A DNA stretch of 43,083 nt from Patescibacteria group bacterium UBA918 (GTDB lineage: Bacteria > Patescibacteriota > Minisyncoccia > Phycocordibacterales > UBA918). Below are positions 1 to 8,966 of this stretch, in pieces. The DNA is taken from NCBI GenBank assembly GCA_002293845.1, contig DBEA01000016.1:30836-73918 (forward strand). The letters are read 5' to 3'. Within the stretch, counting starts at the first letter, position 1. Each line of letters opens with the position of its first letter. A program made the translations under genes and the position numbers. The notes below the pieces were generated by a model. The model was not told the DNA's origin and did not search any database. It saw only the letters and a program-made list of their open reading frames with translations.

Positions 1-107
1 AGCCCGGCGCCGCCTGCGGTATAATCCTGCGAGGGGTCATTTTATACGAGCAGCAAGAGTGAATTTGATATTTTCAACTTTACGCTTTCGATCTAACTTT
101 AATTCAT

Positions 108-701
108 ATGTCAGTTATCAAGCACCCGGAACAACGGGTAGCCATACTCATCGACACACAAAACCTTTACCACAGCGCTAAGAATCTTTATAAGTCCAAG
201 GTCAATTTCGGAGCGGTGGTCAAGACCGCGCTCGGCGGGCGCAAACTCATCCGAGCGCTCTCCTACGTGGTCAACACCGAAAGTGGGGAAGAGGCCCCGT
301 TCTTCGAAGCCCTAGAAAAACTCGGTATCGAGATCAAGACCAAGGACCTCCAGGTGTTCTATGGCGGAGCAAAAAAGGCCGACTGGGACGTCGGTCTAGC
401 TATAGACGCCATCAAGCTCGCCCATAAGGTCGACGCCATCGTCATCGCCTCCGGCGACGGTGACTTCGTGCCTTTGGTCGAGTACATCAAATCGCAAGGT
501 TGTCAGGTCGAAGTCGTCAGCTTCGGCCGCTCGTCCTCGCAAAGATTGCGCGACAGCGTCGACGATTTCACCGATATGGACGCCGACCCTAAAGAATTCC
601 TGATCGGCTACCGCCCGATGCGGGCTCGCAGAACTCAAAATGGCAACGCCTCAGTATCGGACCGCATCAAGACCGTCGGCACCGATACCGATGGTATATA
701 A
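108..701 (+). CDS. NYN / LabA-like (DUF88) PIN-fold domain protein
   Basis: 197-aa ORF with ATG at 108. 'RVAILIDTQNLYHS' and 'DAIVIASGDGDFVPLVEY' match the acidic-residue pattern of NYN/LabA proteins. Confidence 0.75.
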   Translation: MSVIKHPEQRVAILIDTQNLYHSAKNLYKSKVNFGAVVKTALGGRKLIRALSYVVNTESGEEAPFFEALEKLGIEIKTKDLQVFYGGAKKADWDVGLAIDAIKLAHKVDAIVIASGDGDFVPLVEYIKSQGCQVEVVSFGRSSSQRLRDSVDDFTDMDADPKEFLIGYRPMRARRTQNGNASVSDRIKTVGTDTDGI

Positions 702-722
702 CTCCTGATCGTAACGCACAGG

Positions 723-748
723 AAAACCGCGCCCCTGGCGCGGTTTTC
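723..748 (+). terminator. intrinsic terminator after the NYN gene
   Basis: 11-bp stem aaaaccgcgcc/ggcgcggtttt with a 3-nt loop, followed by a short T run. Confidence 0.7.
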
Positions 749-798
749 TACGCACGACGAAAAATATTTCGCTAGGCATGCGATAATGGGAACGAAAG

Positions 799-2457
799 AT
801 GTCCGGAACGACGACAAAAATTCAAAGAGTGAGGACTTTTCAAAGCGACATAGCGTCTGCCAAAGGCTCCGTGCCCGAAACGCAGCCGGCGGCAAGGACG
901 ATGGATCGCGCGCCCCGCATCACGTTACCGCCGGTTCTAAACGAGAAAAAACCGGAGCCGATACCTCCACCTGTGCACATCCCGCCGGCGGCGACATTAA
1001 CTACCGAAACTCCCGTTTCGAATCAAGCGATATCGTCAGCCCTCGCCGCACAGCCGATCGCCGGCGGCGACTCGAATACAATTTCTGAGACATCAAGCAA
1101 GACCTCGCTTGACGATAAAAAAGACGGTTCAATCAAGACGTTACCCGTCATACCGACGTACGAGCCCGTTCGAGTGACCGGCGTTACGGACGACACCGAG
1201 AGTCGCGGCACCGTCATCACCGATCAAAAGCGTAAGCGTTTTAGGTTGCTACCGGCGATCTGGGAAGCATTGACTCAGTGGTTTGAAAAAACAGAAAACA
1301 AGATCCAGAAACGAGCGGAAGCGAAGCGCGCATCCATCCCTACAGTGCGCAGTGCCGAAGCTAGGAAGGAAACGATTCAAAAAGCCGCCGCCGTAAGTGC
1401 CATCTCGCCGAAAGACGATCATACCAAGTTGACGGAAAACCTCCCACCAGTTTTGAAACGAGAGGCGCCCACGTCCGGGTCGCCAGTGGTCATCGCTAAG
1501 AAAGAATCGGTACCTGCGCCGACTTGGAGCCACTTCGACGACACGGGCGTTCAACATAATGACACCATCGCGACCGATGCCGCACCTCAAGCGCCGGCGG
1601 TCAAGATACCAGCGACTCCTGTGATCCCGCCTCCTCCCACCATTCCCCAACCTAAGCCGAGCGATCAAAACGACAAGGTGCGCGTCGAAGTGGAACCGAT
1701 AACCGTCGACATCGGTCGGCGTTCACCGCCCGTAACCACCAGACGAACCCCGGCTCGAGGACGTCGAAATTTCCGCTGGTTGTTTTATGTCGGGGTGACG
1801 ACCACGGCGATAGTAGCGACCGTGTCGGGAGTCGCCGTGGTGAATTGGCTATTGCACGTGCCCTCGACGACGACCCTTCCGATCGCGACGCCCGATCTGC
1901 CAGCTACTTTCGTCACGCCTGTGCCTCAAGCGCCAGTAGTCAAAATACCTCTGACCCGCACTCGTAGCGAATGGTACGCGGCCGTTTCTCAGGCCACCGG
2001 TAGCGACACGATCACGATAGTGCCGATCATCAACATCGGTGGTGCAGAAAACCAGATAGCGACAGAGGACATGCTCGCTACCCTCGCTCTCCGAGTCGAG
2101 CCGGCACTGACGAGGTCGATAAAAGACATCACGTTCATGAAGTCTGCCGGCAAACCGGTCATCGTCCTTAAAGTCGCTTCGTACGATTCCAGTTTCGGCG
2201 GGCTGTTGCTGTCGGAAAATATGTTGAGTACTGAACTCGAACCTCTATTCGGCTCGGTAGTGACCGCCACTTACAAACCCGGGACAGGAACGGTGCCTCC
2301 GGAGTTCGTCGACGAACTGGCCGACAACCACGACGTTCGGGTGTTGAAGGACGAGGTCGAGACAGAGAGGTTAGTGTATGGATTCGTCGATCAAAGCACG
2401 GTGATAATTGCGCCGGACAAAGACACTTTCGTTTTCATAGCCTCACTGTTGCGCTAG
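799..2457 (+). CDS. hypothetical Pro-rich single-pass membrane protein
   Basis: 552-aa ORF. The N-terminal ~340 aa are P/T/A-rich and low complexity. One hydrophobic helix (FRWLFYVGVTTTAIVATVSGVAVVNWLL) precedes a ~180-aa C-terminal domain. No family recognised. Confidence 0.6.
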   Translation: MSGTTTKIQRVRTFQSDIASAKGSVPETQPAARTMDRAPRITLPPVLNEKKPEPIPPPVHIPPAATLTTETPVSNQAISSALAAQPIAGGDSNTISETSSKTSLDDKKDGSIKTLPVIPTYEPVRVTGVTDDTESRGTVITDQKRKRFRLLPAIWEALTQWFEKTENKIQKRAEAKRASIPTVRSAEARKETIQKAAAVSAISPKDDHTKLTENLPPVLKREAPTSGSPVVIAKKESVPAPTWSHFDDTGVQHNDTIATDAAPQAPAVKIPATPVIPPPPTIPQPKPSDQNDKVRVEVEPITVDIGRRSPPVTTRRTPARGRRNFRWLFYVGVTTTAIVATVSGVAVVNWLLHVPSTTTLPIATPDLPATFVTPVPQAPVVKIPLTRTRSEWYAAVSQATGSDTITIVPIINIGGAENQIATEDMLATLALRVEPALTRSIKDITFMKSAGKPVIVLKVASYDSSFGGLLLSENMLSTELEPLFGSVVTATYKPGTGTVPPEFVDELADNHDVRVLKDEVETERLVYGFVDQSTVIIAPDKDTFVFIASLLR

Positions 2458-2490
2458 AGCGAGACGCCGTCGCTCTGATATACTGTAAAG

Positions 2491-2856
2491 ATGAACATAG
2501 ACAGATATCGCAAAGCTCTGGAGGAAGAGGCCTCTGAACTAAAGTCCGAACTTGAGGGTGTGGGAATACAGAACCCCGAAGTGAAAACCGACTGGGTAGA
2601 GCGGGCAGACGACCTAGACACGGTCAATGCCGACCCGAACGACGTGGCCGACCGCACCGAAGAGTACGATGAGCGCCGCGCCGTTTTGGCGACGCTCGAA
2701 GGTCGTTACAATGACGTCAAGCGCGCGCTCAACAAGATCGACGACGGCACTTATGGCGTCTGCGAGGTCTCCGGCGAACCGATCGAGGAGGATCGTCTCG
2801 ATGCCAATCCGGCCGCCCGCACCTGTAAACAGCATATGGACCGACAAGCGGCATAA
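2491..2856 (+). CDS. DksA/TraR-family protein (non-Cys4 variant)
   Basis: 121 aa with an N-terminal coiled-coil and a C-terminal 'YGVCEVSGEPIEEDRLDANPAARTCKQH'. This matches the TraR/DksA finger region but has only two Cys. Confidence 0.7.
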   Translation: MNIDRYRKALEEEASELKSELEGVGIQNPEVKTDWVERADDLDTVNADPNDVADRTEEYDERRAVLATLEGRYNDVKRALNKIDDGTYGVCEVSGEPIEEDRLDANPAARTCKQHMDRQAA

Positions 2857-2893
2857 GACAACTCTCTGGGTAATCCTACGCCATCACCACATC

Positions 2894-4411
2894 ATGTCTA
2901 TCGCTCGCACATTCACAGCACAACCTGGCGTATCTCGAGGAGACATGATCACCATCGAAGCAGACCTCTCTCGAGGTCTGTATTCGTTCGCGGTCGTCGG
3001 ACTTCCGGGAAAAGCCGTCGAGGAAGCTAAAGATCGGGTGAGTGCCGCCATAAAAAATTCCGGCTTTAAATCGCCTAAGAGCGATAACAGCAAGATCGTC
3101 ATCTCCTTAGCACCGGCGGACCTAAAGAAAGACGGGCCGTTATTCGACCTACCGATCGCCGTCGCCTACTTACTTGCCGCCGGTGCCATAAAAGGCGACG
3201 TCGAGAAGACATTGTTGATCGGTGAATTGTCACTGGACGGTACGTTACGCGAAGTGCGAGGTGTTTTGAGCGCCGTCGCGGCCGGGAAGCAAGCGGGCTT
3301 TACTGAAGTCATCGTGCCCGAAGGGAACGCCGCCGAAGCGGCGCTGATCGACGATATCATCGTACGCGGCGCCGCCTCGCTTAAGGACGTCGTCGATCAT
3401 TTGGACCACGCACGCGACACTCATCGCACCTTACCGGTAATTCCTGAAACTCGGTTGTCGGATTCTTGGGCCGAGACGCATGTGCGTTTAGAAGACATTA
3501 AGGGTCAAGAGAGCGCCAAGCGGGGCCTGCTCATCGCCGCCGCCGGCCTGCATAACCTGATCATGGCCGGGCCGCCGGGCACCGGCAAAACCATGTTAGC
3601 GCGCGCCTTCCAGGGTTTATTGCCGCCACTCTCTAAAGAAGAAGCTTTGGAAGTGATGGCTATTCATTCGCTGGTGGGTCCTTTGTCCGACCGGGTCTCT
3701 TCGTTACCTCCGTTTCGCACCCCGCACCACACTGCCAGCCACACTAGTTTGGTAGGCGGTGGGGCAAACCCTCGCCCGGGCGAAGTGACACTATCGCATC
3801 ACGGCGTGCTTTTCATGGACGAGTTTCCCGAGTTCGACCGGCGCTCGCTCGATGCCCTGCGACAGCCGCTAGAAGATCGCTACGTCACCATCTCTAGAGT
3901 GAAAGGAAGCGAGAAGTTTCCCGCCGACTTCGTGCTCCTAGCCGCTCTGAATCCTTATCGCGGAGTCGAAGACGGTTCGACCGACTATGCCGCGGCGATG
4001 ATGGACACTTACAAGAACAAGATATCGGGACCGATCCTCGACCGCATCGATCTATGGCTCAACGTGCCACATGTGGATTACGAAACATTGACCACGAAGA
4101 CGGCCGACAACGACGAAACCAAAAGGGCCCGGGAACGAGTACTCCGAGCGCGAGAAAGACAACGAGCGCGGTTAGAGAACAAAAAAGCCGCGGTTAATTC
4201 TCGAATGTCGAGTCGTGAACTGGAAGAGCTGGTGCCCTTATCACCGGAAGTGAAAGATATATTACGCCAGTCGTCCACTAAGTTGAATCTTTCGCCACGC
4301 TCGTTGCATCGACTGATCAAAGTCGCCCGCACTATCGCCGACCTAGAGGATACCGACGACCTGGCGTCGGCACATATATATGAAGCTCTGCAGTATAGGG
4401 TGAAGTTTTGA
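2894..4411 (+). CDS. comM: YifB/ComM-family Mg-chelatase-like AAA+ ATPase
   Basis: The ORF-track frame is open from 2627, but homology starts at ATG 2894 (MSIARTF...), just after the dksA stop. Walker A is GPPGTGKTM, Walker B is LFMDEFPEF, and the N-terminal domain is Lon-like. Confidence 0.9.
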   Translation: MSIARTFTAQPGVSRGDMITIEADLSRGLYSFAVVGLPGKAVEEAKDRVSAAIKNSGFKSPKSDNSKIVISLAPADLKKDGPLFDLPIAVAYLLAAGAIKGDVEKTLLIGELSLDGTLREVRGVLSAVAAGKQAGFTEVIVPEGNAAEAALIDDIIVRGAASLKDVVDHLDHARDTHRTLPVIPETRLSDSWAETHVRLEDIKGQESAKRGLLIAAAGLHNLIMAGPPGTGKTMLARAFQGLLPPLSKEEALEVMAIHSLVGPLSDRVSSLPPFRTPHHTASHTSLVGGGANPRPGEVTLSHHGVLFMDEFPEFDRRSLDALRQPLEDRYVTISRVKGSEKFPADFVLLAALNPYRGVEDGSTDYAAAMMDTYKNKISGPILDRIDLWLNVPHVDYETLTTKTADNDETKRARERVLRARERQRARLENKKAAVNSRMSSRELEELVPLSPEVKDILRQSSTKLNLSPRSLHRLIKVARTIADLEDTDDLASAHIYEALQYRVKF

Positions 4412-4445
4412 GTTAGCTTAAAGCGAATAGCTTATAGGGAACAGG

Positions 4446-4474
4446 AAACGGCCGCCCCTTCGGGGCGGCCGTTT
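4446..4474. terminator. bidirectional intrinsic terminator between convergent comM and the M23 peptidase gene
   Basis: aaacggccgcccc-ttcg-ggggcggccgttt, a perfect GC-rich stem with A/T runs on both sides. Confidence 0.8.
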
Positions 4475-4631
4475 GACTATATATTAATGTATCAAAGCTA
4501 GCGCGAAAATGGATACTAGAAATCTCGAATCCTTTCTAGAATGAAATGCAAGGCGCGCCAGGAAAATAATACGAGCCGCATATGGACATACGGTGAGAAT
4601 TATTTTACCGCAGCGCAATGCCGCAGTTCGC

Positions 4632-5687
4632 CTAGAAAGGGTTCGAGGCGCCGCGGACTTCGAAGTGGAGATGAGACCCTGTCGACTTACCGGTATTGCC
4701 GACCCCACCAATCGACTCGCCAGCGTCCACTTTTGAACCTACGCCGACGCCGACACTGGACATGTGCGCATAGAGAGTCTGCACGCCATTGGCGTGTTTG
4801 ATGACGACGTAGTTGCCGTAACCACCGTTCCAACCACTCGATTTAGCGACAATGACCTCGCCCGAGGCAGCGGCCCTGATCGAAGTTCCGACCGCCGCGG
4901 CCAAGTCGACGGCGTTATAGCCATGGATCCCTTGCGTGCGCACAGCGCCCGGAACCGGATTGACGAAAGATCCGCCACCAGTACCCTTGCTCGCTGTGCG
5001 GGTAGGGGACGAAGACTTGGTCGACGATTTTTGCGGTGTAGCTTGATGCATGACCCCGCCTGGCACCACCACAGTATCGCCGACAGAGATGTCGCTGGCC
5101 GAAGCGAGACGATTATAGGAAAGGATGTCACTCACCATGCCTTCGACTTGTTCGCTGGTCTCGGCGCCGTACTTCTTAGCGATCGAAGCTAAGGTTTCCT
5201 TCTCCTTAACCACGTGCCTGACGCCGGTTATCGGCAAGATCACTAGCGTATCTCCAGGTTGGACCGACTTAGGATCATCGATGTCGTTGGCCCACAAAAT
5301 GGTATTGACGGACACTCCGTACATCTCGGCGATATGTGACAGTGTCTCGCATCGCTCGGGGGTGCAAGGCCTGACCACGTGGACGCTGATCTCGCCACCA
5401 GACTTGTCCGTACCTGAGCTCTCGAGGTCGAAGGGGCCACTCGAAGCTAAGGTGCCCTCGTCGACTATGATGTCACCGCCGCCTTGGTTGGCTTTCAGGT
5501 CAGGACCGGTCGAGGCCGACAATAGCTTTATATCTCCGGCCGCGCGCTTGCCGGCCGACTTCTCATATACAAAAGTGCCTCCCGAAAAAATGCCGCCGAC
5601 CGAACTAAACACTCCGGCGTGCACCGATAACGGAATGATCACCATCAAGAAAACGAGTGCCCCGCGCCCGATCTTGCCTGCAGGCAA
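4632..5687 (-). CDS. secreted LysM-domain M23 (LytM-type) metallopeptidase
   Basis: 351 aa with a TTG start and a signal-like N-terminus. Two LysM-like segments (TLSHIAEMYGVSVNTILWAN, TLASIAKKYG) precede a C-terminal M23 core ending 'NTGKSTGSHLHFEVR'. Confidence 0.88.
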   Translation of the reverse strand: MPAGKIGRGALVFLMVIIPLSVHAGVFSSVGGIFSGGTFVYEKSAGKRAAGDIKLLSASTGPDLKANQGGGDIIVDEGTLASSGPFDLESSGTDKSGGEISVHVVRPCTPERCETLSHIAEMYGVSVNTILWANDIDDPKSVQPGDTLVILPITGVRHVVKEKETLASIAKKYGAETSEQVEGMVSDILSYNRLASASDISVGDTVVVPGGVMHQATPQKSSTKSSSPTRTASKGTGGGSFVNPVPGAVRTQGIHGYNAVDLAAAVGTSIRAAASGEVIVAKSSGWNGGYGNYVVIKHANGVQTLYAHMSSVGVGVGSKVDAGESIGGVGNTGKSTGSHLHFEVRGASNPF

Positions 5688-6071
5688 ATAGGGGACTCGT
5701 CTGGCTATGGCCTGAAAAGGTGTCGGTTTACCATCACCACCTTCAGTTTCTGTCTTACTGCTTGTTATATGTTCTTAGTTAAGGTCTCGCCGCCAGGCAA
5801 CCGCTACGGTATCTCAAACAAAAAGAGCGTCTAACGCTCGGAGCGAAACCCGGCCGAGGGCCGGGTGCATACATGATACTAGAGAGGTAGGTAGAGACAA
5901 TTGACTAAAGGTGAGTTTTCCACTGATGCGAAAAACGGCGTTTCCGAGCTTGTTTATCTGGCTTTTTTAGCTATTGACAAACTCGGATGATGTTACATGC
6001 TTTTGAAGCCGCTCCGTGGCGGTCGATTCGGCTTAGGAATATTCTCTCCCTCAACTATAATAGACGCTCGC

Positions 6072-8048
6072 ATGAACTATTTAAACGAGCTGAACGAAAA
6101 ACAGCAGGAGGCGGTGCTCGCCACCGAAGGTCCGTTGTTGGTATTGGCAGGCGCCGGTAGCGGCAAGACCAAGACCATCACCCATCGAATAGTCCACCTG
6201 ATACATGCCGGCGTGGCTCCAAGAAACATACTGGCGGTCACCTTCACCAATAAAGCGGCCAAGGAGATGCGCGAACGGGCCATGGACCTTATCCGGCGGT
6301 TTCCCGGGTCCGCACGTTCGCTAGATGACGGTTCGGTGCTGGTGACCACCTTCCACTCGCTCGGCGTGCGCATCCTGCGCGAGTTTCACGAAGCCGCCGG
6401 ATTACGGAGACATTTCACGATCTACGACCGTGCCGATAGTGTAAGAGCGATCAAGGCGGCACTGGAAGCGACCGGATACGACCCCAAAGAATTCGAACCG
6501 AGGAAGATACTGTCCATGATCTCCAGAGCCAAGGGGGACGCCCTGTCGCGCGACGATTTCGCCGATAGCGCCGCTTCATATCCCGAACGGGTGGCGGCAG
6601 AGGTCTGGGAAAGATACGAAGAGAGATTGCGCGACGATCACGCGCTCGACTTCGATGATTTGCTCTTAAAAACGCTCCGACTGCTTCAAAGCAACCCGGC
6701 GGTCAGACAAACTCTCCAAGATCGTTGGCGCTACATACATATAGATGAATACCAAGATACCAACCGCGTCCAGTATGAAATCGCCAGGATATTGGCCGGA
6801 GAGAGACGTAACATCTGCGTGGTAGGGGATATAGACCAGTCGATATACTCTTGGCGGGGGGCCGATATCAAGAACGTTTTGCAGTTCGAAAAACATTTCC
6901 CTCAAGCCCAGACGATATTGCTCGAAGAGAACTATCGGTCGACCAAGACCATCATAGAGGCATCGAATAAAGTGATCGAGAAGAACAAAAACCGCGTACC
7001 CAAAACCGTCTTCACGCAAAACGACACCGGAGAGAAAATAACGCTTTTCGCCGGTTTCTCCGGAGCTCACGAAGCCGAGTATGTGGCGATGTCAGCGAAG
7101 AAACTCATCGAAACCGGAGCCGCCGCTTCCGACATAGCCGTGTTGTTTCGCACCAATTTCCAATCGCGAGCTCTCGAAGAGGCGTTCTTGAACATGGACG
7201 TTCCGTATCAGGTGCTGGGCGTGAAGTTCTTCGAACGCAAAGAGGTCAAAGACGTTTTATCCTATCTGCGGCTCGCGCTTAATCCTGGTTCGACCGCCGA
7301 TCTGGCGCGGGTGATAAACATGCCCGCCCGCGGCATCGGCCCTTCGACGGTACTCAAGATACTCGAAGGCAAGCGCGACGAACTTAAAAGCGCGGTCCTC
7401 AACAAAGTCGAGGCCTTCGACACTATGATGATGGACATCGCCGACTCGGCCCGAACCGAAAAGCTTTCACAGACGCTCAAGTTCATTATCGGCCGTACCG
7501 GTATCGAGATGCACCTTAAAAAGAACGGTACTGAAGAAGACCTGGAACGGTTAGAGAACCTGCGCGAACTCGTGTCACTAGCGACCCGTTACGACGAGAT
7601 GGGTCCGGAGGAGGCGGTCGAAGCCTTGCTCGAGGACGCCGCCCTGCAAAGCGATCAAGACGAGATCAAAGATAAGGAAGAAAAGGACGCAGTTCGTCTC
7701 ATGACAGTCCATGCGGCTAAGGGTTTGGAATTTCCATACGTGTTCATCACTGGTCTAGAAGAAGGACTTTTTCCACATCAACGGCTCGATGAGAAAGGGA
7801 TAGACGAAGAGGAGGAGCGCCGCCTCTTCTATGTGGCGCTCACCCGCGCCGGCAAGAAACTCTGGCTCACCTATGCGCATTCGCGAGTGATCTATGGTTC
7901 TTCTGGGGTCAATCTCCCTTCGTCATTCCTGAGCGATATCGATGAGACTCTACTCGAGATCGATGGTGCGGCCAAAGGACGCGGGCAGGAACGCCGAGGC
8001 GGACTACTAGATGACTGGGACGACGATCTGCCCACCATTAGCCTCTAG
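6072..8048 (+). CDS. uvrD: UvrD/PcrA-type SF1 DNA helicase
   Basis: Start placed at ATG 6072 (MNYLNELNEKQQEAV). Motifs present: AGAGSGKT, DEYQDTN, TVHAAKGLEF, YVALTRA. Confidence 0.92.
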   Translation: MNYLNELNEKQQEAVLATEGPLLVLAGAGSGKTKTITHRIVHLIHAGVAPRNILAVTFTNKAAKEMRERAMDLIRRFPGSARSLDDGSVLVTTFHSLGVRILREFHEAAGLRRHFTIYDRADSVRAIKAALEATGYDPKEFEPRKILSMISRAKGDALSRDDFADSAASYPERVAAEVWERYEERLRDDHALDFDDLLLKTLRLLQSNPAVRQTLQDRWRYIHIDEYQDTNRVQYEIARILAGERRNICVVGDIDQSIYSWRGADIKNVLQFEKHFPQAQTILLEENYRSTKTIIEASNKVIEKNKNRVPKTVFTQNDTGEKITLFAGFSGAHEAEYVAMSAKKLIETGAAASDIAVLFRTNFQSRALEEAFLNMDVPYQVLGVKFFERKEVKDVLSYLRLALNPGSTADLARVINMPARGIGPSTVLKILEGKRDELKSAVLNKVEAFDTMMMDIADSARTEKLSQTLKFIIGRTGIEMHLKKNGTEEDLERLENLRELVSLATRYDEMGPEEAVEALLEDAALQSDQDEIKDKEEKDAVRLMTVHAAKGLEFPYVFITGLEEGLFPHQRLDEKGIDEEEERRLFYVALTRAGKKLWLTYAHSRVIYGSSGVNLPSSFLSDIDETLLEIDGAAKGRGQERRGGLLDDWDDDLPTISL

Positions 8049-8076
8049 CGTCTTGGCCGATCAAGGCGCTTTTTTA
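8047..8076 (+). terminator. intrinsic terminator after uvrD
   Basis: 9-bp stem agcgtcttg/caaggcgct (one G-U) with a 6-nt loop, followed by TTTTTTATTT. Confidence 0.7.
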
Positions 8077-8093
8077 TTTGGCGAGAATCACGT

Positions 8094-8921
8094 ATGCTGG
8101 CGATCATGAACGAAAAGTTCGAGACCAAGAAATCCCTGGGGCAACATTTTCTGAACAGTGCGGCCGTTCCGCGTCTCCTATGCGACGCTGGGGACGTCAA
8201 AAAAGACGACCTGGTGTTGGAGATCGGACCCGGCACGGGCGTTCTCACTCGGGAGATACTCGCTCGCGGCGCGACGGTCATAGCGCTCGAAGCCGACCGC
8301 CGCGCCATCGAGGTGTTAAAACGCGACTTTGCCGCCGACATCTCGTCCGCGCGCTTGCGCGTCGTCGAAACCGACGTCAGAAAACTAGATCTACGCTCTC
8401 TGGGGTTGGCCGACCACTCGTTCAAGGTGGTCGCGAACATACCGTATTACTTGACCGGTCATCTCTTTCGTGTGTTTTTAGAAGGCGATACGCAGCCTAG
8501 AAGTTTGGTTTTTTTGGTGCAAAAAGAGGTAGGTAAGCGCGCGGCGGCAAACCTCTCTCGTGGAGGCAAGGAGTCTTTGTTGTCTCTTTCTATAAAAGCG
8601 TTCGGGGAGCCGGAATATATGAGGACGGTAGGGAAAGGACATTTCACTCCGCCGCCCAAAGTCGACTCGGCCATCATACGCGTCAGTGATATCGGCCGAG
8701 AACGTTTCGGGCGACTAGCTCCAGCGGCATTTTTCGAAGTCCTGCACTTAGGTTTCGGTGCCAAGCGCAAACAACTCTTGGGCAATCTAGCCAAAAGATA
8801 CGACCGCCAGTCAGTGGCCAAAGCGTTCGAAGCGCTCGGGTTAGCGTCAGACATTAGGGCCGAAGATATAGACATCGACACTTGGATCAAGCTGGCTAAG
8901 AAATTGTCCTCTATGGGATAA
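8094..8921 (+). CDS. rsmA: 16S rRNA (adenine1518/1519-N6)-dimethyltransferase
   Basis: 275 aa with 'LGQHFL', the SAM-binding motif 'EIGPGTGVLT' and 'NIPYY'. Confidence 0.9.
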   Translation: MLAIMNEKFETKKSLGQHFLNSAAVPRLLCDAGDVKKDDLVLEIGPGTGVLTREILARGATVIALEADRRAIEVLKRDFAADISSARLRVVETDVRKLDLRSLGLADHSFKVVANIPYYLTGHLFRVFLEGDTQPRSLVFLVQKEVGKRAAANLSRGGKESLLSLSIKAFGEPEYMRTVGKGHFTPPPKVDSAIIRVSDIGRERFGRLAPAAFFEVLHLGFGAKRKQLLGNLAKRYDRQSVAKAFEALGLASDIRAEDIDIDTWIKLAKKLSSMG

Positions 8922-8946
8922 CGTTTCCAGGACGTCCCTCTTCGAC

Positions 8947-8955
8947 TGTTATAAT
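8947..8955 (+). promoter_or_regulatory. extended -10 promoter element (TGtTATAAT) heading the T4SS-like operon
   Basis: tgt-tataat at 8947-8955. TATAAT overlaps the TTG at 8955 and lies 11 nt upstream of ATG 8967. Confidence 0.45.
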
Positions 8956-8966
8956 TGGAACGTATC

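Noticed and set aside
2627-2893. N-terminal extension of the comM ORF (track start 2627). Analogous extensions exist for uvrD (5997), the virB6-like gene (11301), dnaN (24007), PBP1A (27906), and 13511 and 38675.
   Set aside because: The extensions overlap the preceding gene or lack homology. Family-typical N-termini begin at internal ATGs placed just after the upstream stop or after a Shine-Dalgarno or -10 element.
4476-4631. A possible tRNA or small RNA in the 155 nt between the comM terminator and the M23 stop (contains ctcgaatcc, which is T-loop-like).
   Set aside because: No cloverleaf can be built around it: there is no matching T-stem, acceptor stem or anticodon arm. Only a 7-bp ctagaaa/tttctag hairpin is present, and the overlapping 75- and 86-aa ORFs look spurious.
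5688-5900. A ydaO-type (c-di-AMP) riboswitch upstream of the M23 peptidase gene.
   Set aside because: From memory, the conserved blocks are of the type GGGGUGAAUC and ACAGCUAACC.CGUAAGCG. I could not find them on the relevant strand.
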